A DNA stretch of 64,000 bases. It comes from Gnetum montanum. Its lineage: Eukaryota; Plantae; Gnetophyta. Made by a program: the position numbers and the translations under genes. The notes beneath the pieces are model-generated. The model did no database searches and was not told the origin of the DNA. It worked only from the letters and a program-made list of their open reading frames with translations. This document shows positions 53,700-64,000 of the stretch, in pieces. Each line of letters begins with the position of its first letter. Positions within the stretch are counted from its first letter, which is position 1. Location of the stretch: the NCBI GenBank assembly GCA_015680685.1, contig MNCI01000909.1:1-64000 (forward strand), given 5' to 3'.

Positions 53700-56360
53700 A
53701 GAGTTTTAAGGCTTCCATGCTAGGCCGCTTCTATTTCCATGCTGGCTAGTGTGGAAAAAGGGATTCTTAGTGTGGAAACTAAGGAAAATGGATTTTGGAA
53801 CATCCAAATGTTTGAATTGAGGTTTCTAGGCCTCCCCAAGATAGTGTAGGGCTAGATCTATCAAAATTGAACACTCTAAAGGTCGGTAAAGGCTAGAAAG
53901 TAGGTTTTGTAGTCTTTCGACCTTGTTTCTACACTAGCTAGCATATAAAAGAGTGGGTTTAGAATGTAGAATCAAAATATTGATGAAACTAAGGTCACAT
54001 GAGGTCGAATTAATAGTTGAAGCCAAAATCTAGAAGTTTTGCATCCTCTAGATTTGCTTTGAGGCCATTAGAGTTAGTTTTGAGTTTCAAAACATGCTAA
54101 AATTTTTTGAGTGTCAAAACACGTTGAAATGGCTTCCCCTTTTCTTCCATGCTAAGCACAATATCCCTGGTGTGGAAGAATGGTGTAATACTTGTTTTAT
54201 GAATTTAGAGTGGTCTAGGAGCACATTGACCAGGTTTCTAGGCTCCTAGGGCTATAGGTCATGATTCTACAAGTTTTTGGCTAATTTTGGGCATGTTTGG
54301 AGATCATTCAAGGGAATTTATGGTCTCACCCCACCTTTTTCCATGCTAGGGAAGTTGCTCCAGCATGCAAGATTGGGGGAAATGGGCTTTTTAAAGGTCA
54401 AAATAAGGCCAAATAAGAAAAATATTAAGGCTATTATGTCCTAGGCTTCTTTGGCATAGATCTTTGGCTTTCGAGAGTATCATCTTGCCATAAAAAGTGG
54501 AAAATTAGATTTTCCCCTTATTTCCATGATCCCTAGCATGGAAGAAACCTTATATAGTGTGGATCAGGTAAGAATATTAGATCTAGGCCAATTCAGGTTA
54601 CAATCAACCATGCATGTTAGCTCTCGAAGTTAGCAGGGTCAAGAGTTAGGGTTCTAGGCCAAAATTTGGCAATTTTGAATGTTCTTTACTGGTTTTTAAG
54701 CTTTCCAAAATTTTCCACATTGGGAGTAGGATGCTCATCATGGAAGACTAAGGGGAATATATTTTGTTTCATTTAGGATTAGTTTTCCAAAATTTGAAGA
54801 CTCCAGAGGGTGAATACATGGTCATTTGATGTTATTCTAAGGTGTCTATGAGCCTGAAATGAGTCCTTCCCTCAATCGCCATGCTAGGAAATGAGGGGAT
54901 GGGATCCTCAACATGGAAGAATAATAAATCTTACATTTGATCTACTTTTGACCTCAATTAACCATACATGTGTGCTCCTAGGATTACTAGGGTTGAGGAC
55001 TAAGGCTTGAGGTCATAATTCATTTGTTTAGACATCTCTTAGATGGTTTTTGAGCTTTTATTCTTTTTTCCATGTTGGGGATGATATGCTCAATGTAGAA
55101 AACTAGGTGAAATATATTTCTAAATATTTGTGATCACTTTTGCTAGCTTCGAGGACTCTAGAAGGTGTGAAATTGATCTTAGGGCTTATGTAAGGCTATA
55201 GAGCATCTGTTCGAGTTGTTTAACAGCCATTTCGAAGTTCCCCTAAAGTTTCCCCCTCTATGTTTTGCCATTTGTTAACATTTTTGACCATGCATGTGGG
55301 TTTCTAAGGTTGCTAATGTTAGTTATTAATGCCTGGTGTCAAAGATGGGTCATTTCAAAGGTTGTTAATTGGTTTTTGATGTCTCCCCTTTATTTCCATG
55401 CTGAGGTTTCCATGCTTATCATGGAATATTTGGGGGAAAGGGTTGTTGGCTACTTATGGTCAATTATAATGAGTTTGACAATTTTTGGGATGCACAAACA
55501 AGATACTAGGACACACACAAGACTTTCTAGCATTGGTTTGAGGTTTCTAAAGGTTATTTTAGAGTCCCTCGAAACTTCCCCCCTTTCTTCCACATTGGCC
55601 AGCATGGAAGAGGGAGCTCTCAGTGTGAAGAAAGTAAGGAACCCTACTTTTAACCAATTTTTGCTAGTTTTGGAGCATTCAAACACTCTAGAGGGTTCTA
55701 GCAGGGTCTAGGGGTTATCAAGCTTTAAGAAATGACTACTAGGCCATTAATTTAGGTCATTTTAGATTTCATCCATCCATCCACATGGGGGATGTGATGG
55801 TTGGTGTGGATGAAGCCTCCCTCTAGCATGGAAACACAAAATCCCAATATTTTGACTAGTTTTGACTAGGTTTGGTAAGGTTCTGGGGTTGCCAAAAGTG
55901 GTTAGAGGGGTTCTACGTCATGTGGGTCCACTTTGAGGGTCAATCTTAGGCAAGATAGGTATTGGAGTGGGGGGGAGTTGGTAAGAATGGGTGTTACCTC
56001 CCTTATTCTTCACCTGGTACTATTTCCTTAGTGGAAAAACTCAAATTGTCTAGATTTGTTGATGTCCAACCCTCTTTTGAAAACCTGAGTTTGAAAAGGT
56101 AGGTTGTAGCTACTAAAAATGTTAAGATAGTTATATTTTAATGGTTTTGTAAAATGGGAGGCATGTATCCATGTTAGGCATGATATACCTAGTGTGGATG
56201 CATGGGATTTAATGTTTGGTTATGTAAAAAGTGATCAAAACTTAGCATTGATGCAATTTTCTAACTAAGAAGGAAGGCACATGGTGGGGCCTATAATCCA
56301 AAAATTTAAAATTTTAAAATTCTAAGCTTAACTCCCAGAAATCTTAGTGTGGAAGAGACC
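53700..56360. repeat. Dispersed array of TTCCAYRYT / AGYRTGGAA motifs, often in inverted pairs, within degenerate ~350-bp tandem units
   Basis: For example TTCCATGCTGGCTAGTGTGGAA (~53736) and TTCCACATTGGCCAGCATGGAA (~55588). 54600-54770 is similar to 54955-55120. Confidence 0.75.
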
Positions 56361-56645
56361 TTTTCCCCCTTTCACTTTAGTGCACTTAGTTTTATGGTGC
56401 ACTAAATGGGCAACTAGGGTTTGGAGATGGCCGTTTAGGTTTTATTTGAGTTTTTAATGTGAAATTTCATAAGTTTCAATTCAAATTTTCATTTTGCACA
56501 AATAGTGAATTTTAGAAGAGCTTAGGTAGAGATTTTTGTTGTAGAGAGCATCAATATTCAGCATGAAAGCATTTGATCTCCCCTGTAGTTAGTGTTGGAC
56601 TTTTATTCTTCTAAGATTTCAATTATTCTTAATGTTGAGCCTACC

Positions 56646-59600
56646 TTGGTACCTAAGAAATGTGGGGGAAAGTGAAAAAATATCAGGATTCAAAAGGTAG
56701 ATGAGCATGTAAGGGATTTCCAAGGACTACCAAGGCCTATCTCCATCTAGGCCTTATTCGTTGTTGCTCCAAGGTAGGCCGTTCTACCCATTTTTGCTTT
56801 TGTTTCTAGCTATTTTTATTGCTTTTTCTTATCATGTGTGGGATTTCTTTTCTCAAAACAATGCTAATAGAGGGAGTAAAATGAAATTTTGACAAAATAC
56901 AACCTCTTATATTTACTCTTTCTGCATATATCTATGGTCATTTCATTGCTTTGGCCTTAGTAGATTCGATTTTTAAAATTAAGCTTATTGTTTTCATGCT
57001 TTTTTCCAAAATTTGGGGGTAAGGCCATTCTTGTAAGATCTAGGCTTAATGTTTCATCAAAATTAAATTTCAACAAAATTATGCCCCATTATTTTGGTTT
57101 TTTCTCTAATGGGTATGAGTTATTTTGGCTTTTTTGGCTATTTCTTTAAGGCTATGTTAAGTATGGTTTTATGAATTTTTAGCTTTTTTTGATTTTCTCA
57201 TGAAAAATCAAGCAATGTATATTTTTTGGTATGAAAATAGATACATATTTTTGAAGTTTGATGTTATGGGTTGTATCCCTATGTTTTATCTTTTCAATGG
57301 TTATTGTTTCATTTAATTTGGATTAATAACAATGGAGTTATGGCTATTTTCCTAAGGTCATGTAGTTAGGTTTTTTATGCCATTTTTGAAATTTCATATA
57401 AGTTCATGAATTTTTTTCTAAGAAAAAGGTAGGATATTTGGCTATTTTTAGTCATGGCTGGTAAGTTCTTGCCTTCATCTTTGTAATGGATGAGAAATCA
57501 CTCTTATTTGACTTCAAATGAATTTTTAATGAATTTTTTTATTAAGCCTATGTCAAAAAGGGGGTTTGTGCCATTTTTAGATTTTTATCCAAATTGATGA
57601 ATTTTGTCTAAATAAAAGTCTAGGGTTTGGAAGTTTTTAAAGCATGAGTGCATAAGCCTCGATTTAAGCTTTCAAATAATGATAGAATCACAATAGAATC
57701 ACTTTTTTTTGGAGCTCAAATGAATTTTTTTACTAACCCAATGTGAAAGTGGGTTAATGGTGATAGCTATGATTTTTGCTATATTTGCCTATGTTTCATG
57801 TAAAAATGGTTATGTATCTATGGTTGTAATGGTCATGGCTACAAAGCTTTGATTTTAGGATTCCTTCCATTGTGGAATCACTAAAATTGGAACTTGGATG
57901 AATTTTTCCTAAAGTTTTGGCTATTGGCTATATCGTAGTTGTAGCACTTTATCCCTTTGGGTATGGATGTAGTTGACATGCTTAGAGATTACTATTGTCA
58001 GCTTCCATGTCCTTGGGGATTAATAAATATGTAAAATTTATGTTTCAAATTTATAAAGGCTTTTACTATTTTTAGCATTTTTCTGCATTTAGGCATGGTT
58101 TAGACTAAAGCCTAATTTTGGTTGTAAAGTTTTGGCTATGAAAAGCTGTAATAGTGCCCTTTTGTGGAATTTCTTAAGCCAATTTAGATAAACACCTTAG
58201 AGCTTTTTATAGAGGCTAAGTTCACCTCTGAGTAGGATGTTTTTCCAAACTTGTTAAGAAATTCTAATTGGTCATAACGTTTTTTGTTTGTTTCATGTAG
58301 GGTCTACTTGAAGCCCATCCTCGTCATTGTGAAGTTGGTGGGAATTCTATGCTACATTGGTTATCCCAAGGCCAACACCCCACTCCCTGACATGCCTTTG
58401 GGGAAGGTTTCACTGTGGTTATGGCCTAGGACAAGGAAATTCCTTGCCTACATCCTAAAGAACTTTAATGTGATTCTATGGTCACACTTGTTTGTAGATG
58501 TGGTTGGGGCCATAACGGAGACCTTGTTTCCTCAAGCAAGGAAATCAATAGACGTGATTAGGAAATGTTACCTCATAGAGATCTAGATGATGTTAGAGTA
58601 TAGTTAGTATAATTCTAACAATACTCTGATGGTGGTGCATAGAGCCCATACATTATTCTAGAACCCACCCAGCATCATGTATCATCTATAGGGGTAAGAA
58701 TAGTTATTATAGTGTTTTTATGGATTTATTGGCTAAAAAAATTTTCCTAACTCTATTGGTTTTATGAACTTCTTGTAGGTATTGAGTTAATGATCAAGGC
58801 TTTATCATTAATGATCAAACATTGGTAGTGGCTCAAACTACCCTAGATGAATTCACCAAGGGCACCTAGATTAGAACTATTGTGTATCAAAAATTAAGAG
58901 GGGACTTTAATGCATATACTACAATGCTCAACCTTTTATATAATAAGTGTAAGGATGATAGGACAATACACAACTAGTGGGTTAATAACTCCATGGATCA
59001 GACCCTTGCAGCTGGGACCTCCACTCAAACCATACCAAAGAAGAAGAAGAAAGGTAAACATAAAGGCTATAGCTTCTAATGTTTTATGGTTATGAAAAAT
59101 CTAAGTAATATATCTCTTTAAGTAGTTTTTAAAATTGCTTATGTTGATGCTCAAATTTTTTTGTTTCCTTTACAGGATCTTCTACCATTGCTAATGTTCC
59201 CATACCACTTTCAAGAGAACATCATGAGGATACCCTTATTTTGATGTTTGGTAAGGTGATCCCAGCATAGGAGTGGTTGAAGGAATAGACACTTGGGTTC
59301 ATTGAAGCAAACATCTAGCATATTGGTTTGCTTAATATATTTATGGTACCTATCCCTTCCATCCCTTCTACAGATATGCTGCATGTCATCAACTTCTTCG
59401 ATGAGAAGGTTGATAATTTTAACACCATCATTTAGGATGTAAAAATTAACATGGACATTAATGAGGGATTATTTTGCAATTTTTTTGATGTCCCTGATGA
59501 TAGGGCAAGGTTTCCACAAGGATAATGAAGGAATTAGGCCATTGTGAGTAAGTTCTAGAGTGGCTTGATGCCAACATGGGCTATTCAAAAAGTTCCATGG

Positions 59601-61815
59601 ATAACTCCATGAACCTTGATGTGAAGGAATCATATTCTTTATTTAGGTCTCATGCATTTTCAAAACTATTATTATAAAAGAAGAATATTTGCATTACATA
59701 GGAATGGACCTTTAAGAAGGTCCTAATTGATGGCCTAGGTTCAACTAGGTGGCTACTTTGGCTATTGGGCTTTTGAATGAGATCATTAGACTCTGTGTAG
59801 ACATCTTTACAATAATCCACATGCATTTTGCATTCTTTGTGAGTTTACTTGAAGAGGTTTGCAGATTTTTTGGTGGTATGTAGGAATGAGCGATGGATTT
59901 CCCAAGACCCAAGATAACTTTCTAATCCTAGGATAAAACACATTTATCCAACAATGCAATCCTACAGCCCATCAAAGAAGATGGATGATACACTATCCAT
60001 TACCACCAAGGATCTTGATGGTAGGTGGTGTGAGTCCCTTGATAGCATAGATGACAAGGAGACTCTCACATTTCCAATGAGCATCCTGGATACCAAATGA
60101 CAACATAGGGAGGCCAAAGGGATAGCTAGGGAGAAACTTAAGAGGCCCATCAAGGAAGCATTACCAACATTAGACCAACCCATCTCGAAGAAGCTTAAAT
60201 TTCTTAAGCCATCATAGTAGGCAGTTACAGGTATGCTTTATCTATGTTTGGATGTTTTAATTTTATTTTGAGAGTTATGCTTATATAATGGTTACATATG
60301 CTAATAAGGTTTCTATGTGCTATGGTTATAGACAGGCATCAGGTCCTAGTAGCCCAAGTTGCCATAGAGGAAGAACAAAGGTGTGTAGAAGAGACACTTT
60401 TATAGCAACCTAACATAGACATAAATGATCTAGATGCTTTGCTCAATAAGGTGATGCCAAGTACATCCTCCATTATCATTTTAGAAGAAGAAAAGAAGGA
60501 GCCTAGTATGCCTATGCCTTAACACTTTCTTTATATCCTATTGCTTAATTTTGATCTTCATCCTAACCCTTTAATGATTATTATGCTTATAATAGTTTGT
60601 GAGCCATAGATTTAGCCCCATGTCCCTAATTTTCATCCAAAACCATGAATGGAGACCCTCGACAAGGTGGACCTCATGTGTGAAATGGTTAGGGACATCA
60701 TCAAATGATTGCAATAGGTTACACCTAAGATAATTAAGGACTTTTTTTTATATGCCTCAATTTTTTGACTATGTTTGTGTTATGGCTATCTTAGGTTGTA
60801 CATTAGGTTTATGGTTGTATTTCATGCTTTTGTAGTACCTTCTATGGAGTGGAACCCCAACTAAGACATGGAGATTGACTCCTTGCCTAGGCTTCCATCT
60901 AATGTATCTAGTGTACCCTTGAAGTTGTATGAGACTACTACTAATCTAACATTGTCATTTGCAAAAACTTCATGGAAGCTAGGGAGGTTTAAAAAATCCC
61001 TATGTAAGGAAGTTGTGGCCTTAAGGAAGAAGACTCAATAGCAGGATGAGAAAATTAGAGATCTCCAAGTCTACAAGGTCTTTGTGGAAGCCCAAGTGGC
61101 TAACTTAGAGAAATTGTAGACCAAGGAGATCACATGAACTCACTACTAACATAAAATTTAGGACAAAGTAGTGGTTTTATGGGATATGGCAAAACAATAG
61201 ATGTAGATGGACCTCATATTCTAGAAGGTTGAGGATTGGAAAGATGATTGTGCTTAGGTCCTAGAGTGGGGTAAGAAACAAAAGGCCCACAAGTGATAGT
61301 ACAAGGAAAATCATGGGGCCTACCTCAAGTGGCTCAAGGAGGAGTTGGTTGAATGGCATAAGAGAGCATTGTTCATCTAGAAGATCTAAGTAGAGAGTTC
61401 TTATCACCTTTTTAAGAGTACTCTCATAGTGGGACAATCCCCTACTTCTTAGATTACCACTACGATAGGTGAGAGTTCTACGGCTATTATTACCTTGGAG
61501 CCACCTACTTGGACTATGGTAAATAGGACTAGCATCCTTTCCAGCATTGATCTTGGGGATGTTGTCTCAGTCAACATGATAGAGGACCAAATCCTTCATT
61601 GTTTGGAGGAAGGCCTTCCACATCTACCCCTAGAATTTATGGAGTTGAAATTCCCATTAGTTATATGTATTTTATGTTTTAGTTTTTTTTTAAGTTATGG
61701 ATTTGACTATTGGTATTGGCTATGTGTTATTGTATTTCAGGAATCAAGAAACATTAGTAGGCCCAATGGTAAGGGTGGAGATGATCCATCACTTCATCCT
61801 CCATATGCCCCTTAG
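56646..61815 (+). pseudogene. Antisense 8-exon cargo gene of element B; exons 56646-56773, 58301-58693, 58779-59053, 59176-60230, ~60332-60507, ~60596-60730, ~60836-61640, 61741-61815
   Basis: Introns 1-3 have canonical GT-AG and matching phases (2,2,1) that keep one frame. VIVKLVGILC..LWPRTRKFLAYILKNFNVILWSH..YNSNNTLMVVHRAHTLF*NPP is FCP1/NIF-like. Confidence 0.8.
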
Positions 61816-62139
61816 CATCCTCTATCTACTTATTTTTAGCTTGTTGGCTATATTACTTTTATTTTCATGTTGATGGCTAATGTTAGCCAAGTCCATGTTA
61901 TAGATGGTTGTTATTATTTTTTGATATTTTTACCACACAATGTGACCATGGCTATGTATGTTATGGAGACATTGAATTTAAATTTAAAATTTTGGTTTCA
62001 TTTTTGGATATATATATTATTCTAGTGAATTTTATTAATGTTATAAATGTTGTGATAGGCAATGTTAACATTTTTGGTTATAAGGTTAAGGGAGTAATTG
62101 ATGTGATAATAGACTAAAAAAATATAATAAAAGAGATGT

Positions 62140-62297
62140 TAGCTAGTTTAGGCCATGGTAGATGTAGGTTGTATTGTTTTGTCAATTTAAGGCCATGGTG
62201 GGCCATGTTGCTAGTTTAGAGTCTTAGTGGAGTATGATGCCAGTTTAAAGCCATAGAGGACTATGATGCCAATTTAAGGCCGTAGTGGGCCATGTTG
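62140..62297. repeat. Degenerate ~30-bp tandem repeat, ~5 copies
   Basis: GCYARTTTAAGGCCRTRGTGGGCCATGTTG-like units. Confidence 0.65.
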
Positions 62298-62639
62298 AAA
62301 AAAAGAAGCTTATATATGTGGTTTTATGTTCTAAAGTTTTTGAATTTGTTCGATGTTTATAACATAAGAAATGTTGCAATAAATAAGTAAAAATGCAAAG
62401 TAGAAACTTAGGCTACATGCATAAAGAGTAAAACAAAGTACATAAGAAGGTATAACAAATTATGCTACATGGCTATTGGTGCATTTGGTTATAAGGGCAT
62501 GAAGAGGTTAATGTGCACTACACTTGTGCAAATTCTTCCTAATCTTTGAAGGATTAGGGAATGAGTAAGGTCTACTTTACATAAGTATGTATTCAACATC
62601 ACCTTCATTGATGATGTTAAAAGGAAGTTCATCCTGTAA

Positions 62640-64000
62640 TGCATCTTATTGCTTATCATTATCATCATTGGGTTGTTGCTCTCTCTTAGGTTGATGGACT
62701 TCATAAATAGGAGTTTTCTTCTGAAGCTCCACCTCTAACACTTGCTCTATGTTCACATTGTCGATAGCTAGGGGAATTACACTATCATTGTGGATGATGA
62801 TTTCATCTCCCTCATAAGGAAGGTGAATTTTTTGATGTATGGATGAGGACATGGCCCATAATTGAGACAACCATGATCTTCCAAGGATAAGGTTGAATCC
62901 CAATGTCTCCTCCACCACTAAGAAATTGGTAGTTGTGGGAAATTTCTCTTCTATCACAAAATCCAAGGAGATGGGCCCCTTGATTACAACCCTAGATCCA
63001 TTAAAAGACTTAAGGGTAGCTATTGATGTAGGTTGTATTTGCTCAGTTAGGTCTAGGCATTCAAAAATGGTGCATGGGATGACATTAGTTGTAGTTCCAT
63101 CATCAACATGCGCCTGATGCACTTTAAACTACCCTACATGTATGGGTATGAACAAAGGAGCCCTAGTTACATCATAATTTTTGGGATTAACCTTGATTTC
63201 ACTATCAGAAAATAATAGGGATGTTTATTTCTCCTTCCTTGGTAAGGGAGGAACCATCACTACATGGATGGATTCCTCATTAGTGGGGATGTCCTCACTA
63301 ATGAGTATGGAATTCAAAATTTTGATAAATGTCTCATGATGTGTGGTAGAATTCATGATCAAGTCATACAAGCTAAGAGTTGTGTTCTTTTTCTTAAGGA
63401 ATTTCCTAACTTGATCCATCACACTGAGGAAGATTTTTATCATTGATCTTAGGCTTGTCACCATGATTATGCTTTACTTCCTCCATGTGCCCCAAAATGT
63501 GAACTTTGTCTTTAGCTTGTGGTTGTTGAGGCTTTTCCTCATTCTTTTGGTTATGGATTTTGATGTCCTCCCATGGCTTGTTGGTTGGAGTAGGTTGGGT
63601 AGAGGAGGTCATGGGTATAGTTGGAAGGGGAGTGGGCTTTAGTGGGTCCACTTCCTTTTATGCCCTTCATCTAGTTATCATTGTTGCTGCTAGAATTTTG
63701 CTTATGCTTCTTCCATTACTTAGTTGAGGTTTCCTGGTTGTCAGTCATTGATTGTGATAAAGAGGCAATAGCATTATCCATCATAGAAGGTTGTTGTGCA
63801 ATTGGTTGGGCTTTAGCTAGTTGGGTTGTGTTAGGTGGGGTCACCTTGATGACAAAAGATTCTCTCAAAGGCATTCATGATGGTACTCTTATGATAAAGG
63901 GGGATCTTGAGCTAGTGGAATCTAAAGAAGCTTTTTTGTCACAAGAGAATACTCATATCATAAATGGTTCTTTTGAGGGTCTCTAATCATTATCAATGTT
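62640..64000 (-). pseudogene. Element B gag C-terminus and aspartic protease
   Basis: AHVDDGTTTNVIP...FLVVEETLGFNLILGRSWL...SSIHQKIHLP (ORF 62646-63122). Confidence 0.88.

Larger units (their letters stand above)
47728..64000 (-). mobile_element. Tat/Ogre-type Ty3/gypsy element B (5' part outside the window)
   Basis: gag/PR at 64000-62640, RT-RH-aRH-INT at 53089-49600, then PPT and LTR. Same layout as element A. Confidence 0.88.

Overview
AT-rich, CpG/CHG-depleted (heavily methylated) intergenic DNA from a large-genome land plant (taxon not determinable here). It is mostly nested retrotransposons around one small CpG-retaining gene island (~5.0-9.7 kb). (1) The island holds an intact 4-exon gene (8160-8900, 134 aa) that joins SOFL/VUP1-type motifs to an atypical HLH domain. 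(2) There are two Athila-type Ty3/gypsy copies: 1-4324 (+, cut by the window edge) and a full-length copy at 14968-28213 (-). (3) Two diverged Tat/Ogre-type Ty3/gypsy elements lie in tandem on the minus strand and share one LTR (A ~11161-49358, B 47728->64000). In both, protease and RT are separated by a 9-12 kb region ending in a conserved splice acceptor. That region carries a degenerate 8-exon ANTISENSE gene (FCP1/NIF-like pseudo-phosphatase + PMD/Transposase_32-like domain + coiled coil) and arrays of a subfamily-specific short motif. This candidate TE-encoded regulatory/anti-silencing system is the main finding. (4) A younger GC-rich L1 LINE (36019-40843, -) sits in an intron of that cargo gene and carries an Athila-ORF2-like domain where RNase H would normally be. 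(5) Also present: a 2.1-kb insertion with ~87-bp TIRs, a Ty1/copia remnant and an 828-nt N gap. Domain calls come from manual translation and motif recognition, not database searches.
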